Positions 28,040-38,944 of a stretch of 64,000 nucleotides of DNA are shown here, in pieces; position 1 is the first letter of the stretch; each line of letters begins with the position of its first letter. Below the pieces are notes generated by a model, which did no database searches, was not told the DNA's origin, and was given only the letters and a program-made list of their open reading frames with translations. This stretch comes from Lysobacterales bacterium (GTDB lineage Bacteria; Pseudomonadota; Gammaproteobacteria; Xanthomonadales; SZUA-5), in the NCBI GenBank assembly GCA_022844165.1, contig JALHMH010000006.1:64001-128000 (forward strand). The letters run 5' to 3'. The translations under genes were made by a program, and so were the position numbers.

Positions 28040-29929
28040 ATGAGCGCTCGATATAACGCCGCCGATATTGAAGTCTTGCAGGGTTTGGAGCCGGTCAAGC
28101 GCCGCCCGGGCATGTACACGGACACTACGCGCCCGAATCATCTGGTGCAGGAAGTGGTTGACAACTCGGTCGACGAGGCGCTCAGTGGGCATGCAAAGAA
28201 CATCGATGTGAAGGTGTATGCGGACGGCTCGATTGAGGTCACCGACGATGGCCGCGGCATGCCAGTGGATATTCACCCGGAGCACAAGGTGCCGGGTGTC
28301 GAGTTGATCATGTGCCGGCTCCACGCTGGCGGCAAATTTTCCAACAACAACTACAATTTCTCCGGTGGTTTGCACGGCGTAGGCGTTTCGGTGGTCAACG
28401 CATTGAGCGAGCGCGTCGATGTCACCATCAAACGCGACGGTCAGGAATATGCGATCGGCTTCGCCCACGGCGATCCGTCGACGCCGCTGCGTGTGATCGG
28501 TTCGGTCGGCAAGAAAAATACCGGCACCCGAGTCCGCTTTTGGCCGGAGGCCAAATACTTCGATTCGCCGAAGTTGTCGATGCCACGCCTGCGCCACGTG
28601 TTGCGCGCCAAGGCCGTACTCTGTCCCGGGCTCACGGTCACGCTGTGGGATGAAGCCAGCAACGAAAGCGATCGCTGGTATTACGAAGACGGACTGAAGG
28701 ACTATTTGAAGGCGCACTTAAGCGATCGCGACAACCTGCCGGCGGATTTGTTCACCGGCTCGGTGAACAAAACCACCGAAGCCGCAGATTGGGCGCTGGC
28801 CTGGAGCGCCGACGGCGAAGTGGTGCAGGAGAGCTACGTCAATCTGATCCCCACCGCGCAGCACGGCACGCACGTCAACGGGCTGCGCACCGGCCTGACC
28901 GATGCGATCCGCGAGTTTTGCGAGTTCCGCAATCTGCTGCCGCGCGGCGTCAAGCTGGCGCCGGAAGATGTCTGGGAGCGGCTGATGTTCGTGCTGAGCT
29001 TCAAACAGCAAGATCCACAGTTCGCCGGACAAACCAAGGAGCGCCTGTCGTCGCGCGCCGCCGCGCCGTTTATGCAAAGCGCGATGCATGACGCCTTTAG
29101 TTTGTGGCTCAATCAACACACGGAATTGGGCGAGAAAATCGCCGCACTCGCGATCGAACGCGCCCAGGCGCGGCTCAAGACCGAAAAACAGGTGGTTCGC
29201 AAAAAAGTCACCACCGGCCCTGCACTGCCCGGCAAACTCGCCGACTGCGCATCGCAGGACTTAGGTCGCACTGAGCTGTTTATCGTCGAGGGCGATTCTG
29301 CCGGCGGCTCGGCCAAACAGGCACGCGATCGCGAGTACCAGGCGATCCTGCCGCTGCGCGGCAAAATCTTGAACACCTGGGAGGTCGATCCAAGTTCGGT
29401 GTTGGCGTCCACCGAAGTCCATGACCTCGCGGTCGCGATTGGCCTCGATCCGGGCAAAGACGATCTCTCGGGACTGCGCTACGGCAAGATCATCATCCTG
29501 GCCGATGCCGATTCCGATGGTCTGCATATCGCGACCTTGCTCAGCGCGTTGTTCCAACGCCATTTTCGCACGTTGGTCAAAACCGGCCATGTGTTCGTGG
29601 CAATGCCACCGCTATTTCGCATCGACGCCGGCAAACACGTGTTTTATGCGCTCGACGAAAGCGAGCGCAGCGAGATCATCGAACGCATCGCGCGCGAAAA
29701 AATCAAAGGCGCCGTCAGCTGGATCCGCTTCAAAGGCCTGGGCGAAATGAACCCCAGCCAATTGCGCGAGACCACCATCCATCCGGATTCACGCCGGCTG
29801 GTGCAGCTCACGGTTGCGCCCGATGAAGACGATGGCACCAATCGGTTGCTCGATTTGCTGCTGGCCAAAAAACGCTCCGGCGAACGCCGCGAGTGGCTGG
29901 AGCAAAAGGGCGATCTGGCGGTGGTGTAA
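28040..29929 (+). CDS. parE: DNA topoisomerase IV subunit B
   Basis: [37 protein letters not shown] and [10 protein letters not shown]; 629 aa, lacking the GyrB insertion. Confidence 0.96.
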   Translation: MSARYNAADIEVLQGLEPVKRRPGMYTDTTRPNHLVQEVVDNSVDEALSGHAKNIDVKVYADGSIEVTDDGRGMPVDIHPEHKVPGVELIMCRLHAGGKFSNNNYNFSGGLHGVGVSVVNALSERVDVTIKRDGQEYAIGFAHGDPSTPLRVIGSVGKKNTGTRVRFWPEAKYFDSPKLSMPRLRHVLRAKAVLCPGLTVTLWDEASNESDRWYYEDGLKDYLKAHLSDRDNLPADLFTGSVNKTTEAADWALAWSADGEVVQESYVNLIPTAQHGTHVNGLRTGLTDAIREFCEFRNLLPRGVKLAPEDVWERLMFVLSFKQQDPQFAGQTKERLSSRAAAPFMQSAMHDAFSLWLNQHTELGEKIAALAIERAQARLKTEKQVVRKKVTTGPALPGKLADCASQDLGRTELFIVEGDSAGGSAKQARDREYQAILPLRGKILNTWEVDPSSVLASTEVHDLAVAIGLDPGKDDLSGLRYGKIIILADADSDGLHIATLLSALFQRHFRTLVKTGHVFVAMPPLFRIDAGKHVFYALDESERSEIIERIAREKIKGAVSWIRFKGLGEMNPSQLRETTIHPDSRRLVQLTVAPDEDDGTNRLLDLLLAKKRSGERREWLEQKGDLAVV

Positions 29930-29995
29930 GTGCGTTTCTAACCGGACAAAGCCAACGATGCTCGGCAGTCTGAGACGAAGAGGACACTAAAACCG

Positions 29996-30448
29996 ATGTC
30001 GATACGCAATGCCAGGCACAGCGATTTGCCCGCCATCGTGCGCATGCTCGCGGACGATGCGCTGGGCGCTACTCGCGAGGCGCCCAGCGAGCCGCTCGCC
30101 GACAGTTACTTGAGCGCGTTTGCGGCCATCGAGCGCGATCCGAACATCGAGTTGGTCGTGATCGATCTGGGCGAAGGTCCGATTGCGGTTCTGCAATTGA
30201 CGCTCACCCCGCATATCACGCATCGCGGCGGCTGGCGAGCAACCATTGAAGGCGTTCGCGTCGATGCTCGAAATCAAGGCCGAGGCGTAGGACACCAATT
30301 GCTGCGTTGGGCGATCGAGCGTGCGCGCGAGCGCGGCTGCCATCAGGTGCAACTGACCACCGACAAACAACGGGTGGATGCGCAGCGCTTTTATCTGTCG
30401 CTCGGTTTTGTGACCTCTCATGAAGGGATGAAGCTCAAGCTTTGTTAG
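29996..30448 (+). CDS. GNAT family N-acetyltransferase
   Basis: VRVDARNQGRGVG acetyl-CoA motif; QLTTDKQR.DA.RFY.SLGF. Confidence 0.9.
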   Translation: MSIRNARHSDLPAIVRMLADDALGATREAPSEPLADSYLSAFAAIERDPNIELVVIDLGEGPIAVLQLTLTPHITHRGGWRATIEGVRVDARNQGRGVGHQLLRWAIERARERGCHQVQLTTDKQRVDAQRFYLSLGFVTSHEGMKLKLC

Positions 30449-30469
30449 CTCGGACGATCGTTGGCGTCG

Positions 30470-31120
30470 TCAGCCTGGTTTCTTATCCCGACCGGACTGC
30501 GCGACCAGATACTGCTCGATCGCATGGCCCGCCAGATCTGTCAGCGTCTTCAAAGCGCCGATCACCAAGGTCATCATTCCTGCCTGCGCGCCCGCGGCAG
30601 ACGCACAAACGAGCAGGATGCCCATCGGGAAGACGCGCGCATAGGGCGCGAACATCATCACGCCCAGATTGGGGCGCCCGCGCGCGTCGATCGTCACTTC
30701 GTCGCGGTGCGCCTGCCATTGCGCGATCAGCAACGCTACGCAGCACACCAACAGTGGCAGGAATTCGTCCGTGCGCGGCACCGCCATCAACAGGGCGATC
30801 ACAAAGAACAGGTGGAACACGCCGTAATGCAGCGCAAAGAACCAGGCCGTCGATCGTTTGCCCGCTTCAGTCTCCGGCACGCGTTTGCCATTGCTGGTCA
30901 GTCCCTTGGTCGAGAACTGACGAAGCAGCAACATGCGCCGTACATTGAACGCGCCGATGACCACACTTTGAAACCAGAACGGCCAGACCAGCGCGCCGAT
31001 CGACCAGTCGTTCCAAAGCGCCAGCGCCACACTCAGCGCATTGGCTGCGATCAGCCCCCAATAAGTCGTTTTCATCGGCGGCCCCAAATCCGCCGCAGCC
31101 GCACTCTCGCGCACTGACAT
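30470..31120 (-). CDS. Membrane protein (DUF6498-like)
   Basis: Multiple TM helices; FFALHYG.F and M..PYARV motifs. Confidence 0.7.
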   Translation of the reverse strand: MSVRESAAAADLGPPMKTTYWGLIAANALSVALALWNDWSIGALVWPFWFQSVVIGAFNVRRMLLLRQFSTKGLTSNGKRVPETEAGKRSTAWFFALHYGVFHLFFVIALLMAVPRTDEFLPLLVCCVALLIAQWQAHRDEVTIDARGRPNLGVMMFAPYARVFPMGILLVCASAAGAQAGMMTLVIGALKTLTDLAGHAIEQYLVAQSGRDKKPG

Positions 31121-31149
31121 TGGCTCGCCGTTTTGCATTTTCTGGGTCG

Positions 31150-31280
31150 CTAGTGTGGTGTCCCAAAAATAACTGGAATTATGTCCGCGTCTTTCGACCC
31201 CTTGCGGCGACGAGAAGCAACGCTGCAAGGGGTCGAAAGACGCGGAAATAGTTCAAGGTAATTACGGAACACCACATTAG
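31150..31280. repeat. Palindromic MITE-like element
   Basis: Imperfect termini CTAGTGTGGTGTCCC / GGAACACCACATTAG and a perfect internal 22-bp inverted repeat (31184-31205 / 31225-31246). Confidence 0.7.
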
Positions 31281-31329
31281 CATTGCACAAGGCGGCTCGC
31301 ACGCGCTCACGCTCGGCCCGGGTCTTGGT

Positions 31330-31460
31330 CCGGTTGTTTATCGCGCTGCACAACATCGAACTTCGGTTCGATGACGCCGATGCGACGCAGACGATGCTGC
31401 AACTGGCCGCAGGTCAACTCGACGAAGCTGCGTTCGCGGGATGGCTGCGCGAGAAGGCGT
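31330..31460 (+). pseudogene. C-terminal remnant of a Doc/Fic (death-on-curing) toxin
   Basis: LFIALHNIELRFDDADATQTMLQLAAGQLDEAAFAGWLRE resembles the Doc C-terminus; the HxFxxGN motif and N-terminus are absent. Confidence 0.55.
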
Positions 31461-31642
31461 TTTGCCGCCCGCGCCGATGCCTGCCATCCACGGACACGGC
31501 GGAGCCACGAACCAAGGCTGACATCCAGCCTTGTCATTCTGGACACAATCGTCAGAAAAACATGTCCTGGATGGCAAATGCGGATGCCGCAGGAAGGCGG
31601 CGGAACCAGACTGTTGGCACCGACTCAGCGGGAGATATCGCC

Positions 31643-32617
31643 ATGAAAACAGATGCCATGCGCCTGGCAGACGCCACATCCGGACCATTTAAGGTCGCCT
31701 CACTGACGATCGATGCCAACAGCGACGCCATGACCGGGACCGTGCATTGGGACCCCGCGCGTTCGATTTGGAACGGCAGCATGCTGATCGTGACGCTGTT
31801 CGTTGCACCTTTCTACGTGACGTGGGGGGCTGTTGGCGTGTTCGCCGTGTTGTTGCTGGCCACCATGTGCAGCGGGCATTCGGTTGGCTTCCACCGGCGT
31901 CTGATCCATCGGAGTTTCCAATGTCGAAAATGGGTCGAGCGGGTGTTGGTGTGGTCCGGGACGCTGGTTGGCATGCAAGGGCCGTTCTGGGTCATTCACT
32001 CGCACGACCTGCGTGATTGGGCACAGCGCCAGTCCGATTGTCATCCTTATCTGCGCCACGGACGTGGGCTCTTGATCGATGCGATCTGGAGTCTGCATTG
32101 CCGTCTGCAACTCGCGAATCCGCCGGCCTTCGATCCAGGACCCGGAATTGGCGACGATCCGTTTTATCGCTTTCTTCAGCGCTACTGGATGCTGCAGCAA
32201 CTGCCGATCGCTTTATTGCTATACGCCATCGGCGGTTTGCCGTGGCTGTTCTGGGGTGTTGGCGTACGCGTTTGCGTTGGCGTGTCGATGCACTGGTTCG
32301 TAGGTTATCTGTGCCACAGTCATGGTCCGCAGGACTGGCTGGTCGACGATGGCGCGGTGCAGGCACACAATGTTCCGTGGGCGGCGATTCCCTCCATGGG
32401 CGAGAGCTGGCACAACAACCATCATGCCTTCCCGGCATCGGCCCGGCATGGCTTGTATCCCGGCCAAAGCGACATCGGTTTTCGCTTTGTCCAATGGCTT
32501 GAGAGGATCGGCCTCGTCTGGGCGGTTCAGGTGCCGCAAAACCTGCCGCCGCGACCGGGCATCAGCCCGGTGCGCGAGCAGCCAGAGCGAGATCTGCTGA
32601 GCGACTTCGCGCCATGA
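31643..32617 (+). CDS. Acyl-CoA/fatty-acid desaturase
   Basis: His boxes HRRLIH, HSH and WHNNHH; GGAG upstream of ATG 31643. Confidence 0.88.
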   Translation: MKTDAMRLADATSGPFKVASLTIDANSDAMTGTVHWDPARSIWNGSMLIVTLFVAPFYVTWGAVGVFAVLLLATMCSGHSVGFHRRLIHRSFQCRKWVERVLVWSGTLVGMQGPFWVIHSHDLRDWAQRQSDCHPYLRHGRGLLIDAIWSLHCRLQLANPPAFDPGPGIGDDPFYRFLQRYWMLQQLPIALLLYAIGGLPWLFWGVGVRVCVGVSMHWFVGYLCHSHGPQDWLVDDGAVQAHNVPWAAIPSMGESWHNNHHAFPASARHGLYPGQSDIGFRFVQWLERIGLVWAVQVPQNLPPRPGISPVREQPERDLLSDFAP

Positions 32618-32750
32618 ATGTTGCGATCGTTGGCTATGGCATTGGCGGTGCGACACTGGCCGGCCTGCTCGGCGCGGCCGGCCATCATGTCCGGTGTTTC
32701 GAGCGCTATTCCCGAGGGGATGGCGCTGGCGCTATCGACATCCAGCTCGG
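32614..32750 (+). pseudogene. Truncated FAD-dependent monooxygenase (N-terminal remnant)
   Basis: MNVAIVGYGIGGATLA..L...GH.V..FER Rossmann start, coupled to the desaturase (ATGA); similarity is lost after ~45 aa. Confidence 0.65.
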
Positions 32751-32806
32751 CGCTCCATGCGCTCGCCAACGAGATCATATCGGCCGTGACCAACGAGCCA
32801 GCCAAC

Positions 32807-33526
32807 TCAAGCGTTCAACCACTCGAAAAGTTCGCGAAACGGCGATTCGTTTTTGCCAGGCCCGACCAGGAAATAGCTGGACACATCGGGCTGCAGTGCG
32901 GTCTCAGACCAGTCGCTCATTCGCTGCCGAACTTCGGCCTTATCGATTTGCCCCGACTGCGCCCTCGCCAGCGTATCGGCAGCCGACGTCTTGAGTTGTT
33001 TCATTTGCGAGCGCCGACGCGCGGCGAGATCGTCGCGACCCAGTTTCACCACCTGTAGCGTCGATATTGCGCGACGATTGAGCGCGCCCGTCGCGACGTC
33101 GAAACGGGCGGTCAGCAGTCCAACATCGTCGATGTAAAAGAAATCCCAAACGGGGTCGTCGACGGGGTTGATGAGTTGCTCGGCGCCATCAGGAAACTGG
33201 TCTTTCTTGTAGGTCGAGTTGCAAATCGAGCACGCCCAAAGGTAGTTCTCCCAGGCCATAGACAACTGTGGGAACGTCGACTTCGGCCGGTAGTGTTCGA
33301 CATGGGAGGACTCGTTGCTGCTGCACCACATACAGTTGCCGCCAGAGCCAGCCATCGCGCGCAGCGCGTCGACGACAACCTTGAACCACTGAGCGCTTCT
33401 CGCGTTCTCGAACTGACGTTTGGCTTCAGCTTTAGCGTCGGCGCTCTCCGATATCTCAAGTGTCTTGTCCGCCAGCGTCTGAGCAGTGCGCGCTGGCAGG
33501 GCAGGTCTGGGGCCGCAAGGTCGCAC
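32807..33526 (-). CDS. HNH endonuclease (PtuB-like)
   Basis: CMWC...VEHYRPK...WENYLWACSICN...K motif. Confidence 0.82.
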   Translation of the reverse strand: MRPCGPRPALPARTAQTLADKTLEISESADAKAEAKRQFENARSAQWFKVVVDALRAMAGSGGNCMWCSSNESSHVEHYRPKSTFPQLSMAWENYLWACSICNSTYKKDQFPDGAEQLINPVDDPVWDFFYIDDVGLLTARFDVATGALNRRAISTLQVVKLGRDDLAARRRSQMKQLKTSAADTLARAQSGQIDKAEVRQRMSDWSETALQPDVSSYFLVGPGKNESPFRELFEWLNA

Positions 33527-33530
33527 GGTT

Positions 33531-34883
33531 TCAGCCTTGCGCTTTCGAGTCTTCGAAATCGAACTGGTGGCCGATCATCGACTTCAGCTCTGCGTAATCG
33601 GTAGCTTCAACCTCGCTCAAGGCGACGGCGCGGCGTTTCGCATCCAAAAACTGGTAGCGCTCGATGCGCTCAACCGCCGGAATCGAGCGTGTGGTCCCGA
33701 GTCCGAACGCAGCGCCAAGCAAAGTCGATTCGGCTTTGCCCATGCGTATCTGCTCGACTTCCTCGCGGCTCAGTTTGCGCGGCACATTGGGCATTTCATC
33801 GGGCATCGGCAGAACGAACAGACCGTCGATGTCCGCGTTCTGCGCAATCAGCGGGCTATGTGTTGTGACGATGAACTGCAATCTCGGAAAGTGCTTTGTC
33901 AGCCAGACGGGAAGCTCGCGTTGCCAGGTGGGATGCAGGTGCGCTTCGATCTCGTCGATCAGCACAACGCCGGGACGATTGATGATCGGCGTCGCCGAGT
34001 CCGGGTCGAACAAATCGGGTCCGAAACAATCCTTGAGGTGACGCAGCAAATCGAGCACCAGCGCGATCACACTTCGACAACCGTCGCTCATGTCATCAAG
34101 AGTTATCCGCAATCCTTCGCGCTTTACGAAAACCTGTTCAGATGTAATGTCTTCGATCACGAAACCGGCTGGCAGGAGCCCGTCGCTCAGCAGCGTTTTC
34201 ACCTGTTCAAGAAATCGACTTGCTGGCGAGTCAGGCCCTTGCTCAAGCATTTGAAACTGATGCTTGCGCAACCATTCCTCGGCTTCGGTGAGCGAAGCAT
34301 CCTCGCGGAACAACGTGAGATGACGTCGCAACGCACCAGGCGCTACCGAATCGCGAGCGGCGTCCGGAGAGCTTCCGCTTAGGCGTCGCCAGGGGCCGTA
34401 GCCGCAGCAAAACCAGCCTCGAGCGTTTGGATCCCTGGGAGCAGGCGGATCCGCCCCGAAATCCATTACCAGCTTTTGGTCATCACCGTCTGGGCGACGA
34501 TGGATCTGAACATCTACAAAGCTCGGGACAACGCCGTCAAATCGGAACCAACCAACGCTCAATGAGAGCGACGACAACCTAGTTTCAGTCGGCGTCGCAT
34601 CCCGGTAGACATCGTTGTCCACATCAACGACGAGATCCACGCTGGCCACTCCGAGACCAGATCCGTGACGCATCCAGCCACCCGGGTGCCGCAAAGCTGC
34701 GAAACCCTGGCGCGAGCCCATGATGGCCAAGGCAATGAGCTTTAGCACCGTCGACTTGCCGGAGGCATTCCCTCCAACGAGAACGGTCCAGCCTGCCAGA
34801 CCGTTCTTATCGTCCTGCCGAAAATCGAACTCGGCCTCCCTGAAACCCTTGATGTTCTCGATTCGCAGGCGCCGAACGTACAC
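33531..34883 (-). CDS. ABC/AAA_21-type ATPase (PtuA-like)
   Basis: GGNASGKST Walker A, MSDG signature, VLIDEIEAHLHP Walker B and TTHSP. Confidence 0.85.
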   Translation of the reverse strand: MYVRRLRIENIKGFREAEFDFRQDDKNGLAGWTVLVGGNASGKSTVLKLIALAIMGSRQGFAALRHPGGWMRHGSGLGVASVDLVVDVDNDVYRDATPTETRLSSLSLSVGWFRFDGVVPSFVDVQIHRRPDGDDQKLVMDFGADPPAPRDPNARGWFCCGYGPWRRLSGSSPDAARDSVAPGALRRHLTLFREDASLTEAEEWLRKHQFQMLEQGPDSPASRFLEQVKTLLSDGLLPAGFVIEDITSEQVFVKREGLRITLDDMSDGCRSVIALVLDLLRHLKDCFGPDLFDPDSATPIINRPGVVLIDEIEAHLHPTWQRELPVWLTKHFPRLQFIVTTHSPLIAQNADIDGLFVLPMPDEMPNVPRKLSREEVEQIRMGKAESTLLGAAFGLGTTRSIPAVERIERYQFLDAKRRAVALSEVEATDYAELKSMIGHQFDFEDSKAQG

Positions 34884-34891
34884 GACCTATC

Positions 34892-36193
<1,302 letters not shown>

Positions 36194-36328
36194 CGTCGTA
36201 CTCCTGGCCAAGAAAAGTTGGTGCGCCGGAATATAGCGCGCCTTGAGCTCTGCTCGGCCTGTCGTCACTCTTCCAATTCACGACATCGCCCATACTTAGT
36301 GGCTTGACCAGCGCCGCGAGACCCTCCG

Positions 36329-37699
36329 TTGAGTTCTCCCACTTCTTCCAGCACCGCGCCGATCGGCGGTCGCACCGAATTGATCGCTTATCTCGCCGAT
36401 GGCGTTCGACCAGCCAACGAATGGAAGATCGGCACCGAACATGAAAAGTTCGGATTCCGGCTCGACGACCTGCGTCCGCCCAGCTACGAAGGCGAGCGTG
36501 GTATCGGCGTCCTGTTGGAACAAATGGCGCAGCGTTTCGGCTGGCAACGCGCCTACGACGGTGAACATCTGATCGCCCTGAAGCGCCCCGACGGCAGTTC
36601 CGTTACGCTGGAGCCGGCAGGTCAGCTGGAATTGTCCGGCGCGCAATTGTCCAATTTGCACCAAACCTGTTGCGAAGTTGAGGGTCATCTGCGCGAAGTG
36701 CAGGATGTAGCGAAGGACCTGCAGCTCGGATTTCTGGGCATGGGTTTTCAGCCCAAGTGGCGACGCGAGGACATGCCATGGATGCCCAAGGGCCGCTACA
36801 AGCTGATGCGCGCCTATATGCCGACGCGCGGCCAGCTGGGGCTCGACATGATGACGCGAACCTGCACAGTGCAGGTCAATCTGGATGTGGCATCCGAAGC
36901 AGACATGGTCAAGAAGTTTCGCGTGTCGTTGGCGTTACAGGCGATCGCGACTGCGCTCTTCGCGGATTCGCCGTTTACCCATGGCATGCCGAACGGATTC
37001 CAGAGCTACCGCTCACACGTCTGGACCGACACCGATCCGGATCGCACCGGGCTGCTCGATTTTGTCTTCGAAGACGGCTTCGGTTACGAGCGTTACGTCG
37101 ATTACATCCTGGATGTGCCGATGTACTTTGTGTATCGCAACGGCCAGTACCTGGATGCCACCGGGCAGAGCTTTCGCGATTTTCTCGCGGGCAGATTGCC
37201 GGTTCTGCCGGGGCAATTGCCAAATCGGGACGACTTTGCGGACCACCTGACCACGGCATTCCCCGAAGTTCGCCTGAAACGCTACCTGGAAATGCGCGGT
37301 GCCGACAGCGGACCCTGGAATCGTATTTGTGCGCTATCGGCGCTGTGGGTGGGTCTGTTGTACGACGCGACCGCGCTCGATGCGGCGTGGGATCTTTGCA
37401 AAAACTGGACATTGGCCGAACGCCACGCACTGCGCGACGGTGTACCGCGCGACGGTTTTGCGCTGCCATTTCGCGAAGGCACCGTGCTGGATGTGGCGCG
37501 CGAAGTGCTGGCGATTTCCGCCGAAGGACTGCGCCGCCGTGCGCTGCTCAACCGCAACGGTGCGGACGAGCGCATCTACCTGGATGCGCTGGTCGAGTTC
37601 GTCAGTGCCGGACAATCGCCGGCGAGTCGCAAGCTGGAGCTGTTCCACGGACGCTGGGGCGGCAACATCGATCCGGTGTTCACAGAGTTTGCGTATTAG
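36329..37699 (+). CDS. gshA: Glutamate--cysteine ligase (GCS2/plant-like)
   Basis: IGTEHEKF, LEPAGQLELSG, MPKGRY and FPEVRLKRYLEMRGAD. Confidence 0.9.
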   Translation: MSSPTSSSTAPIGGRTELIAYLADGVRPANEWKIGTEHEKFGFRLDDLRPPSYEGERGIGVLLEQMAQRFGWQRAYDGEHLIALKRPDGSSVTLEPAGQLELSGAQLSNLHQTCCEVEGHLREVQDVAKDLQLGFLGMGFQPKWRREDMPWMPKGRYKLMRAYMPTRGQLGLDMMTRTCTVQVNLDVASEADMVKKFRVSLALQAIATALFADSPFTHGMPNGFQSYRSHVWTDTDPDRTGLLDFVFEDGFGYERYVDYILDVPMYFVYRNGQYLDATGQSFRDFLAGRLPVLPGQLPNRDDFADHLTTAFPEVRLKRYLEMRGADSGPWNRICALSALWVGLLYDATALDAAWDLCKNWTLAERHALRDGVPRDGFALPFREGTVLDVAREVLAISAEGLRRRALLNRNGADERIYLDALVEFVSAGQSPASRKLELFHGRWGGNIDPVFTEFAY

Positions 37700-37719
37700 C
37701 AGCAGCACCGATCGCGCGA

Positions 37720-38874
37720 TCAATGCGCCAACGCCTGGCGCAGGTCCTCGATCAGCAGTTCAGGTGCTTCCAGGCCTATCGACAATCGCACCAGATTCCA
37801 CGGCACCGGCGCCGATGGCAGATGATCGCCGGACAGTACCACCGCCATCGGCCAGACCAGCGATTCGTGCCCGCCCCACGAGACCGCCAGCAGGAAGTAC
37901 TGCAACGCATCGCAGAAGCGCTCGATGTCGGCCAGCCGGTCAGCGCGAAGCGTAAACGACAATAGTCCGGATCCACCGCGCATTTGCCGTTTCGCCAGAT
38001 CTCGTTGCGGATCGTCGCGGTGACCCGGATAGTAAATTCGCTCGACGCGCGGATGGTCCTGCAGGAACTCGATCACCTTCACCGCCGTGGCGCAGATGCG
38101 ATCGAGACGCACCTCTAACGTGCGCAGGCCGCGCAGCATCAGCCACGCTTCGAAGGGTCCGAGGATGGCGCCAAAGGTCATCAACGGTCCCTTGAATATT
38201 TCCCGCAATTGCGCCTCAGCTCCGCAAACAACACCGGCGACGACATCGCTATGCCCGTTCAAATACTTGGTCGCCGAATGCACGACCAGATCGATGCCCA
38301 GGGCAGCGGGTTGTTGTAACAATGGCGAGGCATAGGAGTTGTCGCAGATCGTCAAGATCCCATGCGCTTTGGCGATGGCGGCAATCGCTGCCAGGTCCTG
38401 CAACTCCATGGTCAGTGAATTCGGGCTTTCCAGCACGATCAAACGCGTCGCGCTGGTGAGTGCGGCGGCGACCTCGCTCACCTCGCGCGCGTCCACAAAG
38501 CGCACAACCATACCGTAGCGCGGTAAGACGTCGCGCAACAATGCCCGCGTCCATGAATATGGCTTTTGGACGGCAACGACCTCGTCGCCGGCGCGCAGGA
38601 AGGTAAGAACGGTCGCTGCCATGGCCGCAGCGCCGGAGCCGAATACCAACGCATCTTCCGTGCCTTCCAGTGCCGCGAGTTTGGTGCGCAAAAGCGCAGT
38701 CGTCGGATTGTTCCCGCGCGTGTAGAACGGCGCGTCGTATTCGTGCCGTCCCGCCTCCCGCATTGCGGCAACGCTGGCAAACGCGAAGTTGCTGGTTTCG
38801 AAGATCGGCGGCGTCACCGCGCCCTGGTAAGCAGCGCGATCTTCACCTAAGTGATTCAAGATGTGGCTCAACAT
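37720..38874 (-). CDS. PLP-dependent trans-sulfuration enzyme (Cys/Met metabolism family)
   Basis: YTRGNNPT, DNSYASP, HSATKYLNGHSD and RLSIGLE. Confidence 0.9.
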   Translation of the reverse strand: MLSHILNHLGEDRAAYQGAVTPPIFETSNFAFASVAAMREAGRHEYDAPFYTRGNNPTTALLRTKLAALEGTEDALVFGSGAAAMAATVLTFLRAGDEVVAVQKPYSWTRALLRDVLPRYGMVVRFVDAREVSEVAAALTSATRLIVLESPNSLTMELQDLAAIAAIAKAHGILTICDNSYASPLLQQPAALGIDLVVHSATKYLNGHSDVVAGVVCGAEAQLREIFKGPLMTFGAILGPFEAWLMLRGLRTLEVRLDRICATAVKVIEFLQDHPRVERIYYPGHRDDPQRDLAKRQMRGGSGLLSFTLRADRLADIERFCDALQYFLLAVSWGGHESLVWPMAVVLSGDHLPSAPVPWNLVRLSIGLEAPELLIEDLRQALAH

Positions 38875-38944
38875 GCTGATCGCCGGAGGTTTCTGGTGCG
38901 CTAGCCTCGTGTAGCATGGTGGCATCGGTCAAGAGGCTGGGTTT

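Noticed and set aside
31283-32617. 444-aa Doc-desaturase fusion protein
   Set aside because: Chance in-frame read-through from a remnant; the desaturase has its own RBS and ATG at 31643.
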